DNA from: Abditibacteriaceae bacterium | Lineage (GTDB): Bacteria; Armatimonadota; Abditibacteriia; Abditibacteriales; Abditibacteriaceae | Direction of reading: 5' to 3' | DNA length: 64,000 nt | NCBI GenBank assembly: GCA_031372065.1 | Contig: JANMKN010000043.1 | Span: 9,084 to 73,083 of the forward strand | Shown here: one piece after another, positions 30,512 to 39,979 of the stretch | How the letters are laid out: each line of letters opens with the position of its first letter | Position numbering within the stretch: position 1 is the stretch's first letter | The notes under the pieces: generated by a model | Told to the model about the DNA's origin: nothing | Database searches by the model: none | The model's input: only the letters and a program-made list of their open reading frames with translations | Translations under genes and position numbers: made by a program

Positions 30512-31447
30512 CTAAGGTGCTTTAAAGGAGTCGCGAATTTTCTGGGCGTCTTTGCTTCTATCTGTATCAATAATTTGATACAATCTGCTTCCTTTAGCAG
30601 CTACTACTGAATTGACTGCGGGAAGGGTTATATTTTGTCCATTCGCGCGAAACGTGGTGACAGGATTTTTTATATAGTAAGCCTTCATTCCACCCCATTT
30701 CCCCGGTGTGGTTAAGTGCTTAAGCGACGGGTTAGTGGCTTGCATACCCGCTTGCATCTGGCTCAACCGTTGAGCAAAACTACCTGGCCCTCCCACCGCG
30801 CCACTTGGTTTTTTACCGCTATACATCTCCAAAAACTGTTCCGCATTCTGTCCGGGCCAATTGGTAGTCTGTATGATGACGGCACCCTTACTACCCTTGC
30901 GCTGAAAAACATCAGTATTGATATGTAATCCTGAAAATTCACTACTACCGCTGTTGACACGACGCCAACCGACAGGAATTTTGACAGAAGATTCATTGTC
31001 GGCCAGCTTCACTAAACGTTCGCTGGCCACAAAATCGGTCACACTTCCCGGCGCTTGTCCGAAGATTACTGCTGCTTCTTTTGGTTGGCAGGTTGGGTCG
31101 GCGCGATAGCCACCCTCCTCGGCGTCGGCGCTGCCAGCAAAACCGATCACAATATCCGCCGACTGCTTGAGCATATTCGGGCAAGTTGCGCGGTGATAAT
31201 AGGTGTCGAGTTGCGTCGAAACCACTTTCCACACGCCGCCCGCGATTTTGTAGCGGTCATCGCCCAAATAATGTTTCAGATAATTCTCAGGCGGATGATA
31301 TTTCAACTGCGCGGCCATTTTTGCCGACGGGCCTGACGGCGACTTGGTGCCAATTGTGGGGCCAGTCGGTGCATCTTGCGCGAAGGTTGGCGCTAAAGTC
31401 AGCGAAATCGCAGCGCCAAGCGTGAGGAGTGAAAAATGAAGTTTCAT
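30512..31447 (-). CDS. Secreted protein with Ada-like (metal-binding-type) module
   Basis: Signal peptide; YYHRATCP...IGF..S.DAEEGGYRADPTCQP. Confidence 0.65.
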   Translation of the reverse strand: MKLHFSLLTLGAAISLTLAPTFAQDAPTGPTIGTKSPSGPSAKMAAQLKYHPPENYLKHYLGDDRYKIAGGVWKVVSTQLDTYYHRATCPNMLKQSADIVIGFAGSADAEEGGYRADPTCQPKEAAVIFGQAPGSVTDFVASERLVKLADNESSVKIPVGWRRVNSGSSEFSGLHINTDVFQRKGSKGAVIIQTTNWPGQNAEQFLEMYSGKKPSGAVGGPGSFAQRLSQMQAGMQATNPSLKHLTTPGKWGGMKAYYIKNPVTTFRANGQNITLPAVNSVVAAKGSRLYQIIDTDRSKDAQKIRDSFKAP

Positions 31448-31523
31448 AGCCGGATTTCACCTGTAAGGGAATACCAGAAACAAAGCGCCCGGCACGTTTT
31501 GCAGGCGGGCACTTGCAACATCG

Positions 31524-32735
31524 TTACTGAATGGGACGGTTGCCCGAATTGGCCGGCACGTTGGCAAGGCTTCCGGCGCGATTGGAGAAGCTGCTGAACT
31601 CACCTTCGCGCCGATCGGTGTTGCCTGCTTGTAAGCCTGCCATTGGTGTAGAACCGCTGCCCGAACCCATTGATGAACCACCGGCTGGCGCACCGGAAAA
31701 TTCGGACGAAAAGCCTGCGCCTGCGCCATTATTCAAGCTGGGGGGCGGTGGTGGCGGCCCGCCTACGCTGGTAGGCACGCTGCCTTCGCCCAGAGAGGCC
31801 AACAGCACTTTGTTAATGGTGTCATCCAACATAGACGGTGTGCTGGGATAGCGGCGCTTATAATTATTCAAAATACCTGCGACTTGCGCGATATATTGAT
31901 AATTACGCGTAAAGACAGCAGGCGAAACCTGACCGGCATACACGAATTCAATGTAGCGCGTCATGCCTTCGCCTTTGCTATAGCTCGCCATTTGTATCAA
32001 TTGCGGCGCTGGTTCGGGCCGCGAAATGGGATCAGGGCGATAGCCTGCCATCATGGCATCGTGCCAAGTGCGGAAACCGATGACATGGTTGGGGTCGGCT
32101 TTCAGCATGGCGGCTGACCACGGACGAAAATAAAAACGGCTGGTGCGAGTGGTCATGAAATTCCACAAGCCTGAAGTGATTTTGTAACGGTCTTCCTTCA
32201 GATAATGCGCCAGCCAGTTTTTAGGACGAATATCATATTTTTGCATCACAAGCCGCTTGCGTTGCGCCTCGCTCATGTTCTTAATTCTCTTGGACAACTC
32301 GGCCTGTCCACGCGGAGAACGGCTTTTGCCAATGGGCGACGGAATTTTGGGCATCGAACGTTGACCAGCCAGAAGTTCGCCCAATAAAGCGTCACCTCGT
32401 TGCAATCCATAAACGCGTGGCTTAGGCGGTGCGGGCGGCGCAGCCACCCCACCGGGGCCAACGCCGCGTCCCATTCCGCCTTCACCCATTGAAGGGTCGC
32501 CCATTTCGCCGGAGCCAGACCCCATGCCACTTGCGGATTGGCGTGCGCGGCGCCCTGTTTCCATCACGCCACTGCTGCTCATGCCGCTCATCGAAGACGA
32601 TATGCCAGACGCCACGCCAACTCCACCCAACGATTCTTGTGCGTGCAGTCCGCCAGCCGTGAGGCTCAAAATGCCCAGTGCCGCACCGGGCATCAAAAGT
32701 TTTGAGAAAAATTGTTTCATTGCCATGATATTCAT
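31524..32735 (-). CDS. Secreted Gly/Ser/Met-rich protein, partial paralog of the adjacent gene
   Basis: Shares P.N.L.HYL..DRYKI..G.W and the GYR.DP module with 30512-31447. Confidence 0.65.
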   Translation of the reverse strand: MNIMAMKQFFSKLLMPGAALGILSLTAGGLHAQESLGGVGVASGISSSMSGMSSSGVMETGRRARQSASGMGSGSGEMGDPSMGEGGMGRGVGPGGVAAPPAPPKPRVYGLQRGDALLGELLAGQRSMPKIPSPIGKSRSPRGQAELSKRIKNMSEAQRKRLVMQKYDIRPKNWLAHYLKEDRYKITSGLWNFMTTRTSRFYFRPWSAAMLKADPNHVIGFRTWHDAMMAGYRPDPISRPEPAPQLIQMASYSKGEGMTRYIEFVYAGQVSPAVFTRNYQYIAQVAGILNNYKRRYPSTPSMLDDTINKVLLASLGEGSVPTSVGGPPPPPPSLNNGAGAGFSSEFSGAPAGGSSMGSGSGSTPMAGLQAGNTDRREGEFSSFSNRAGSLANVPANSGNRPIQ

Positions 32736-33139
32736 GAAGTCTCCTGCGTGGAAAAGCTATCCCTTATTTTAGCAAGTTCTGTGGTTTAACGATTTGGAAG
32801 CGATAATGAGCGCAAATTCGCCGCCGTGTGTTGCGCTAAGAGCGTTCCCTGTGGTGGCAGAGCGCTGTTGTATACTGCTGTGTGCATTTATCAAAAACCT
32901 CGTTCTGTGAGAACTTTCCTCACGATAAGGAGACTAATCACCTCTTAAACTCCCATTTGTGTAAGAAGCCAAAGTCCGCTCTCTTGACTTCTCTTGTCAT
33001 CAAAAAGGAATTCTCAGTGTTGTTGAATGCAGTCCACAACTCACGGGGCGTGCGAGAGGCATATGCCACCCGCGTCGTATTACCATAGGCCCGCCAATGA
33101 AAAAAGTTGGCGAGCGAATTGCTGCGAGGTGAAACCATA

Positions 33140-33454
33140 ATGAGCAACAAACACAACGCCATTGGGAACAAAGACCCTCTCTCGTCTGCTGACTCAACTT
33201 CTGAAAAACCGCACGATGCGACGCATAACGTGCGGGAGCGCCATGCCAAAGATAACGGGGAAAAACAAGGCGCCCAACCCGTAGCGCGTCCGACCATAGC
33301 GCGTCCGGGAATTCCTTTTGTCACTTGCCCCGCTTGTAATACAGGCGATCTTTGCCCACGCCGCCGTAGTAGCTTGAAAGATTGGCTGGCGTTTCTTGTA
33401 GGGTTAAAGCCTTATCGCTGCAATCGGTGCAACGAGCGGAGTTATCGTCGTTAA
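33140..33454 (+). CDS. Small zinc-ribbon protein
   Basis: CPAC...PYRCNRC; gaggtg RBS-like sequence upstream. Confidence 0.6.
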   Translation: MSNKHNAIGNKDPLSSADSTSEKPHDATHNVRERHAKDNGEKQGAQPVARPTIARPGIPFVTCPACNTGDLCPRRRSSLKDWLAFLVGLKPYRCNRCNERSYRR

Positions 33455-33458
33455 AACT

Positions 33459-33653
33459 ATGAAAAACAAACCGGACGCCGGTTGGACGCCTGAACAATGG
33501 GCGCAATTGAAAGTGGCTCTACATACGCCATTGCGCTTGCGCACTGTGGCTCAAAGCCGTCTAATTTTTTATTGGCGTGAAGGACACGGTTTTCGCTCCA
33601 CAAAAGAAGTTTGGAATTGGCGCGAACGCGGTTTGCCGGAGCCGGAATCGTAA
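33459..33653 (+). CDS. Small hypothetical protein
   Basis: ATG 5 nt after the previous stop; followed by a terminator. Confidence 0.4.
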   Translation: MKNKPDAGWTPEQWAQLKVALHTPLRLRTVAQSRLIFYWREGHGFRSTKEVWNWRERGLPEPES

Positions 33654-33676
33654 ACTCAATCCTAAAAGGCAAAAAT

Positions 33677-33716
33677 AAAAAGGACTCTCTACTCGAAAGT
33701 AGAAAGTCCTTTTTTT
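33677..33716. terminator. Bidirectional terminator
   Basis: aaaaaggactctctac-tcgaaa-gtagaaagtccttttttt. Confidence 0.75.
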
Positions 33717-33728
33717 GTTTTTGCGGAT

Positions 33729-33935
33729 TTATCGAATTGGTTTGACGTTGGCAGCGCGCAAACCTTTTTCATCGCTGTTGATGTCGAATTCGACTTTGGC
33801 GCCCTCTTGCAAGGAACGATAGCCGTCCGATTGGATCGCGCTCTGATGGACGAAAACGTCTGCTCCGCCATCTTCCTGCTCGATGAAGCCGAAGCCCTTC
33901 GAGTCGTTAAACCATTTCACTACACCTTTAGCCAT
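33729..33935 (-). CDS. Cold-shock protein (CspA family)
   Basis: [16 protein letters not shown] and DVFVHQSAI (RNP1/RNP2); AGGAGG RBS before the ATG at 33935. Confidence 0.96.
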   Translation of the reverse strand: MAKGVVKWFNDSKGFGFIEQEDGGADVFVHQSAIQSDGYRSLQEGAKVEFDINSDEKGLRAANVKPIR

Positions 33936-34200
33936 GAGGCCCTCCTGTGTGTCGCCAGTCTTGCGTTGGGCCTGGCTCACCTAAATGTTCAAGGACGCTG
34001 CACGCTAATTGATCGACAAATTTAAATTGGGTTTTTGTCAAAACCTCGCCTTCAACGTCTCGACATATAGATCGTTCCTTTTATTTTCAGTTTTTCCAAA
34101 TAATTTTGGAGAACGCCTTCAACACCTCGCAAAACAGTTCGCGCCGTCATAGAAATACGGCACACTAAGCAACGAACTCAATTCAGAAAGCTAAATTTCA

Positions 34201-34971
34201 ATGCGAATTTTATTAACAAATGATGATGGCATTCATGCCGATGGTCTGCACGCTTTGTGGCGCGCTTTAAATGCCGCTGGACACGACGTTTTCGTCTGCG
34301 TTCCTGACCGCCAGCGTTCGGCTTGTGGGCACGGCATCACTATGCACGAGCCGTTGCGCGCCAAAGAAGTAAAAACGCCCGATGGCACAGCGTGGGCTTG
34401 TTCGGGGTTGCCCGCCGATTGCGTGCCGTTGGCGATTTTGCAACTAATGAATGCTCATCCAGAAGTTGTCATCAGCGGTATTAATCTGGGGCCAAATTTA
34501 GGCGACGATGTGCATTATTCGGGCACCGTCGCAGGCGCGATGGAAGGTTTGCTCAATGGCATTCCCAGCATGGCGATTTCGTTAGCCGATTATGAAAATC
34601 CGCTTTGGGAAATTGCCGCGCAATTCGCGGTGCAATTCGCGCCGCAATTGGCCGCTTTGAAGTTGCCTCCAGACACTTTTGTCAATGTAAATGTGCCCAA
34701 CGTGCCTCAAGATGAAATTCGCGGCGTAAAAATCACCACGCAAGGCAGCCGCCGCTATAAAGGCGACATTGTGCGCTATGAGGCGCCGCATATTGGCGTG
34801 TATTATTGGCGCGGCGGCGAGGTTATGGACCGGCCCGACAGTGGCGAAAGTGATATTTCAGCGGTTAAAGACAATTATATTGCGGTCACGCCGCTGCACG
34901 TTGATTTGTCTAATGTCCCAGCGCACGCAGCCTTACAAAAGCTATTTGGAAATTCCTCAGAAATCGTTTGA
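34201..34971 (+). CDS. surE: 5'/3'-nucleotidase SurE
   Basis: MRILLTNDDGI, SGINLGPNLG, YSGTVAGA. Confidence 0.97.
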   Translation: MRILLTNDDGIHADGLHALWRALNAAGHDVFVCVPDRQRSACGHGITMHEPLRAKEVKTPDGTAWACSGLPADCVPLAILQLMNAHPEVVISGINLGPNLGDDVHYSGTVAGAMEGLLNGIPSMAISLADYENPLWEIAAQFAVQFAPQLAALKLPPDTFVNVNVPNVPQDEIRGVKITTQGSRRYKGDIVRYEAPHIGVYYWRGGEVMDRPDSGESDISAVKDNYIAVTPLHVDLSNVPAHAALQKLFGNSSEIV

Positions 34972-35083
34972 ACTTCGCTGGCGTGCTTCTTTTGTTTCTT
35001 GGGCGAATGTAACAACTCTTTGAGCGATTCGGCATGGCCTGAAACCATCAATTTGTAGGGCAATCGGTCAAAACTATTCACTC

Positions 35084-37519
35084 ATGAAAAGCAGAAAAAC
35101 CGTGTGCAAAATGGCTTTGTTGCCCGTTGTTATGGGCGTCGCAGCGGCTTTGAGTGCCGACGAAGCCAAACCGCGCAGCATATCGGGCATTTATCCGCAT
35201 TTGGCGATGTTCAATGATGAAGGCGAATGTGGAACCGGCGCGGTTGTGCCGTGGGCGGGCAAATTGTGGGTTGTCACTTACGCGCCGCATCAGCCCAAAG
35301 GCTCGTCCGATAAATTGTATGAAATCACGCCCTCTTTGCAGCAGATTATCCGCCCCGAAAGCATCGGCGGCACGCCTGCCAATCGCCTGATTCACCGCGA
35401 ATCGAATCAGCTTTTCATCGGCCCCTATGCCATTGATGCAAGGGGAAAAGTGCGCACGATTCCCTATGCGCAAATGTTCGGTCGGCCCACAGGAAACGCG
35501 CGCCATTTGTTCGATCCGGCAAATAAAATCTATTGCGCGACGATGGAAGAAGGCGTTTATGAAATTAATGTCAAAACGCTGGAAGTCAAAGAATTATGGG
35601 CCGATGAGGCCAAAAAAGAAGGCCGCCATTCCGATTTGCCGGGCTATCACGGCAAAGGTTTTTATGCCGGGCAAAATCGCCTTATTTACGCCAATAACGG
35701 CGACCACGCGGCGGCAGCTTTAACCAATCCAACGGTGCCATCGGGTGTGTTAGCCGAGTGGGACGGCAAGGCCGATAAGTGGAACATTGTGCGGCGCAAT
35801 CAATTTACCGAAGTGACTGGCCCCGGCGGAATTTACGGCAACGAACATCCCGAAACCGACCCGATTTGGGCCGTTGGTTGGGATCATCGCTCGTTGATTT
35901 TGCAAGTGCTGGATAAAGGCGCGTGGCACACGTTTCGCTTGCCCAAAGGCTCGCATTCTTACGATGGCGCGCATGGTTGGAACACCGAATGGCCGCGTAT
36001 TCGGGAAGTTGGCGAAGGTGATTTGCTGATGACCATGCACGGCACATTTTGGCATTTCCCGAAGACGTTTTCGGCTGAAAATTCTTCTGGCATCGCGCCT
36101 CGCTCCAATTACATCAAGGTGATTGGCGACTTTGCGCGCTGGAACGACAAAATCGTTTTCGGCTGCGACGACACGGCTAAATCCGAATTTTTGAATAAGC
36201 GCAAAGTCAAAGGCGAGATCGCCGGGCCGGGACGCTCGCAATCGAATTTATGGTTCGTCGAACCGGCAAATCTCGACAAAATCGGCCCGCTGATCGGGCG
36301 CGGCGGCGTGTGGGTCAATGATGCCGTAAAGGCGAACGCGCCGAGCGATGCGTTTTTGTTTGATGGCTACGATTTTCGCGCGTTGCACTTGTCTCACGAC
36401 AACGCGCATCCCGTTGTTTTTACTCTCGAAGTAGATAAAACCGGCAACGGCCACTGGACGAAATTGCGCGGTGTTTTGGTGCCTGCCAAAGGCTACGCGT
36501 GGACAGCCTTTTTGCCCAACGAAAGCGGCGTTTGGCTGCGCCTCAAAACCGACCGCGACTGCCAAAGCGCGACGGCGTTTTTTCAATATCGCGACGAAGA
36601 TAAGCGCACCAATGAAGACGACAAAATGTTCGACGGCCTCGCTGAAATTGGCGATGCTAAGGTAAACGGCGGTCTGCTGGCGGTGCGTGGCGCCGATTTT
36701 AAAACGCTGCGTTTTGTAGCCTCCGATGCCAAAGGCGAACTGGGCGTTTACGATTTGGGTGGCGATTTGAAATTGCAAAAAGCCAACGATCCCGAAGGCA
36801 TGGCATGGACAAAAAAGAACTTCGCCATTCCACAAAATGTGCTGACAATTGATGGCGCCTCGGTGCTTTATGACGATGGCAAAAATCGCTGGCGCTTGCC
36901 CAAAGGCGATTCCGCTTTCGATGCGCCCGGCGCGCTGGGGAATGAGCGCATTGACCGCGAAGTTTGCACCGAACGCGATTTATTCAATGCGGCAGGCACC
37001 TTTTTCGAATTGCCTGCCGAAAACGCCGGTGGTTTCGCTAAAATTCGGCCCATCGCCACGCACAATCGCCGCCTCAAGGATTACGCCAGTTACAGAGGAA
37101 TGTTGGCAATTTCCGGCCTCGAAAACAGCGCGCAAGGCGAACATATTGTGCGCTCGGACGATGGCAAATGCGCGTTGTGGCTGGGCGCAGTGGACGATTT
37201 ATGGAAACTCGGTAAGCCTCGCGGCTTGGGCGGGCCGTGGAAAAACAGCGCAGTTAAAGCCAATGTGCCGAGCGACCCGTATTTAATGACCGCTTACGAT
37301 AAAAAACGCGTGGCGCTTTCGCACGAATCGGCAGCGCCAGTCAAAATGCGCCTTGAAATTGACCCGACAGGTAGTGGCGATTGGGTAACTTATCAGGAAT
37401 TTATCGTCGCGCCGAATCAGACTTTGCAACACATTTTTCCGCAAGCCTTCAGTGCTTATTGGGCGCGCCTTGTAAGCGACAAAGACACAATGGCCACGGC
37501 GATTTTTACTTACGAATAA
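35084..37519 (+). CDS. Large secreted hypothetical protein, probably beta-propeller plus repeated beta-sandwich
   Basis: 811-aa ORF with signal peptide; internal duplication GG.W....VKAN.PSD..L...YD occurs twice. Confidence 0.7.
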   Translation: MKSRKTVCKMALLPVVMGVAAALSADEAKPRSISGIYPHLAMFNDEGECGTGAVVPWAGKLWVVTYAPHQPKGSSDKLYEITPSLQQIIRPESIGGTPANRLIHRESNQLFIGPYAIDARGKVRTIPYAQMFGRPTGNARHLFDPANKIYCATMEEGVYEINVKTLEVKELWADEAKKEGRHSDLPGYHGKGFYAGQNRLIYANNGDHAAAALTNPTVPSGVLAEWDGKADKWNIVRRNQFTEVTGPGGIYGNEHPETDPIWAVGWDHRSLILQVLDKGAWHTFRLPKGSHSYDGAHGWNTEWPRIREVGEGDLLMTMHGTFWHFPKTFSAENSSGIAPRSNYIKVIGDFARWNDKIVFGCDDTAKSEFLNKRKVKGEIAGPGRSQSNLWFVEPANLDKIGPLIGRGGVWVNDAVKANAPSDAFLFDGYDFRALHLSHDNAHPVVFTLEVDKTGNGHWTKLRGVLVPAKGYAWTAFLPNESGVWLRLKTDRDCQSATAFFQYRDEDKRTNEDDKMFDGLAEIGDAKVNGGLLAVRGADFKTLRFVASDAKGELGVYDLGGDLKLQKANDPEGMAWTKKNFAIPQNVLTIDGASVLYDDGKNRWRLPKGDSAFDAPGALGNERIDREVCTERDLFNAAGTFFELPAENAGGFAKIRPIATHNRRLKDYASYRGMLAISGLENSAQGEHIVRSDDGKCALWLGAVDDLWKLGKPRGLGGPWKNSAVKANVPSDPYLMTAYDKKRVALSHESAAPVKMRLEIDPTGSGDWVTYQEFIVAPNQTLQHIFPQAFSAYWARLVSDKDTMATAIFTYE

Positions 37520-37523
37520 AATT

Positions 37524-38192
37524 TCAAGAAGGCGCGCGCGAGGTGTTATCGTCGGCGAATTCGACATCGCTGTAAACGTCGTCAATTGATAGCTGGCATG
37601 AAATAAAAGGCAGTTCGAGAGTGCCTTGTGATACGCTTTGCCACAGCCATGAGCCATCGTTTTGCTTGGTGTAAATTTCGAGATAACGCTTGTCTTGCGC
37701 CACCAAAACATACATTTGCAGCGAGGCGATTTTTTGATAGTGCGCCCATTTATCGCCGCGATCATAACTGGCGGTTGATTTGGAAAGCACCTCGAAAATA
37801 ATCGCCGGGTTGAGCAGCAACTCTTCGTCGTCAATTTCAATCGGTGCGCAGGCAATGGTTAAATCGGGGTAGCAATAAAGGCCCGTCGCGGTCAGGCGCA
37901 CTTTTAAGTCGCTGTTGAAAGGACGGCAACTTTTGCCGCGCAGTTGGCTGCCAATTGCCAGAAAAAGATTGCCGCCGATGATGGCGTGTTTGGAACTGCC
38001 GCCCGCCATCGCTTCGAGGCCTTTGCCAGAGAGGAAATCTAAAATTTCCCGCCGCGTCAGCAAGCGATCCGGCTCGCCGACGGGCCAAACCATGCCGTTG
38101 AAATACTCGTATTTCCACTCGGCGCGGCGATCAAATTCCAAATACTCTTCGACAGGGACAAAATCGGGCTTGAATGGAGTGTGGGCGACCAT
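37524..38192 (-). CDS. Uma2 family (PD-(D/E)XK) endonuclease
   Basis: EY..G, YPDL, FEVLSKSTASYDRGDK, Y.LV.QD. Confidence 0.92.
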   Translation of the reverse strand: MVAHTPFKPDFVPVEEYLEFDRRAEWKYEYFNGMVWPVGEPDRLLTRREILDFLSGKGLEAMAGGSSKHAIIGGNLFLAIGSQLRGKSCRPFNSDLKVRLTATGLYCYPDLTIACAPIEIDDEELLLNPAIIFEVLSKSTASYDRGDKWAHYQKIASLQMYVLVAQDKRYLEIYTKQNDGSWLWQSVSQGTLELPFISCQLSIDDVYSDVEFADDNTSRAPS

Positions 38193-38225
38193 AACTGAAC
38201 CTCTGAGATAAGTAAAACAAAACCT

Positions 38226-39707
38226 CTATGCTACAGGCGCCGCAGGCGAAAGCGGCAAGCAGATTTCGATTTCCAAGCCGCCGCCTTGCGCGTTGCGCGC
38301 TCGGACGGTGCCGTTGTGGGCGCTGACGGCGCGTTGTGTAATCGCCAAACCCAAACCCGCGCCGCCGCTTTGACGGTCGCGCGCCTGCGCCACGCGATAA
38401 AAAGGACGAAACAGGTTTTCCAATTCTTCGTGTGGCACGCCCGGCCCGTGGTCGCGAACGGTAATGATCGCGTTTGATTTGTCCTCTTGACACATCAAAT
38501 TGAGAATCACGCTGCTGTTTTCTGCTGTATAACGCAAGGCATTGCGCGCCACATTTTCGATGGCGCTGCGCAACAGTTCTTGGTCGCCGGCTACGATGCA
38601 GTCATCGCATTGCGCGATTTGCACGCGCTTGTTTTTATTTTGCGCTTCGAAATCGGCGTCGGCGGCGATTTCATTCAATAAAAGGGCGAGATTGACGGCT
38701 TCGTTTTTGTGCTGCTTCGCGCTGCTTTCCAAGCGCGAAAGTGTCAGCAGTTGCCCGATTAAGGCATCAAGACGCTGCGTTTCGCTGCTAATGCGGCCTA
38801 AATCGTCGTCGAGTTCATCCAATTTGCCGGTTGCGGCATGATGCAGCGCCAAATCGTGCGCCACATTGAGGCGCGCCAGCGGCGAACGCAATTCGTGTGA
38901 AATATCGCCGAGCAAGCGCGTTTGCGAAAGCAGCAAACTTTGCAGTTGCTCGGCCATGAAATCGAAATCGCGCGCCAACACGCCCAATTCGTCTTTGCGT
39001 TTGTCTAAATCGCTGCCCATGCGCGCTTCCAATTCGCCCGAAGCCAAGCGGCGCGCGGTGCTTTGCAGTTGTGTAATCGGCGCCGTCAGATGACGCGCCA
39101 AGAAAAAGCAAATCAAGCCTGTCGTGAGGAAAACCGCGCTGCCGCGCAGCAATTGCGTGGGCCACGGGGCGCGCAAAACACGTTCGATGCGCGTCCACGC
39201 GTTGCGCGGCACGCCGGAACTTAGCTCGGCAGCGACGAGATACCAATGGCCGCGTCCATCGTTTGTCCAACGCGCGCCCGCAACGCCGTCGTTGAGCGCC
39301 GTCCATTGAATTTCCGAGTCCGCCGAATCTTGGGGAAGGCCTGCCGTGCGCAATTGTTTGACGAGGGCGCGCACACGTTTGGGCACATCTTGAACATTAA
39401 CCTCGACACCCTGATTATCGAACAGCCAGAGTTTTAAAAGGCCATCGTGTTTGCGCCGCTCGCCACGCCGCAGGCGGTTGAAGTAAGTCATCACGGCGCG
39501 CGATCCTTTGCGCGCATAATCTTCGGCAGCGCTGGCGCCGGAAATGTCCAGCACTTCTTCCAAACGCGCCTTTTGCACGTGCGAATTGCTGTCGGGCTGC
39601 GTGACGGCCACCGCCAAAACTACCACCAAGCCAACCGTCGCCATCGCCAACCAATACCACACGAAAATTTTGAAATAAAGGTTGCTGACCATGATAATGT
39701 TCGCCAA
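38226..39707 (-). CDS. HAMP sensor histidine kinase (CpxA-like)
   Basis: Two TM helices, HAMP, DISHELRSPLARL, ENVARNALRY, GGAGLGLAI. Confidence 0.93.
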   Translation of the reverse strand: MANIIMVSNLYFKIFVWYWLAMATVGLVVVLAVAVTQPDSNSHVQKARLEEVLDISGASAAEDYARKGSRAVMTYFNRLRRGERRKHDGLLKLWLFDNQGVEVNVQDVPKRVRALVKQLRTAGLPQDSADSEIQWTALNDGVAGARWTNDGRGHWYLVAAELSSGVPRNAWTRIERVLRAPWPTQLLRGSAVFLTTGLICFFLARHLTAPITQLQSTARRLASGELEARMGSDLDKRKDELGVLARDFDFMAEQLQSLLLSQTRLLGDISHELRSPLARLNVAHDLALHHAATGKLDELDDDLGRISSETQRLDALIGQLLTLSRLESSAKQHKNEAVNLALLLNEIAADADFEAQNKNKRVQIAQCDDCIVAGDQELLRSAIENVARNALRYTAENSSVILNLMCQEDKSNAIITVRDHGPGVPHEELENLFRPFYRVAQARDRQSGGAGLGLAITQRAVSAHNGTVRARNAQGGGLEIEICLPLSPAAPVA

Positions 39708-39798
39708 AACGATGCTTTTAAAGTATGCCGTATCAGCCCAAAACCGCGCGTGGGAGACGTTTTATTAGTGAAAAGGGGCGTTTTTCGCCGTTTTGACC

Positions 39799-39882
39799 CC
39801 TTGCACGTGCTGCGGAATGCCTAACCGGAGCGGTCAGAGGCCTTGCAGCAGCTTCGGAGTGCCTAACCGGAGCGGTTAGAGC
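39799..39882. repeat. Two 42-bp tandem direct repeats in a divergent intergenic region
   Basis: ccttgca...cgga.tgcctaaccggagcggt.agag at 39799 and 39841. Confidence 0.75.
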
Positions 39883-39979
39883 CTCCAAAACACCTTGTCC
39901 GCGAAAATAACCGTCGGAAGGCTGGCAAAAATGCCATAATTAGCTTTGTAGCAGCAATTTTACGAAGATAGGGATCGGC

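Noticed and set aside
37524..38192. Uma2 nuclease as part of a defence system
   Set aside because: Solitary member of a commonly expanded family, with no methylase or other defence genes nearby.
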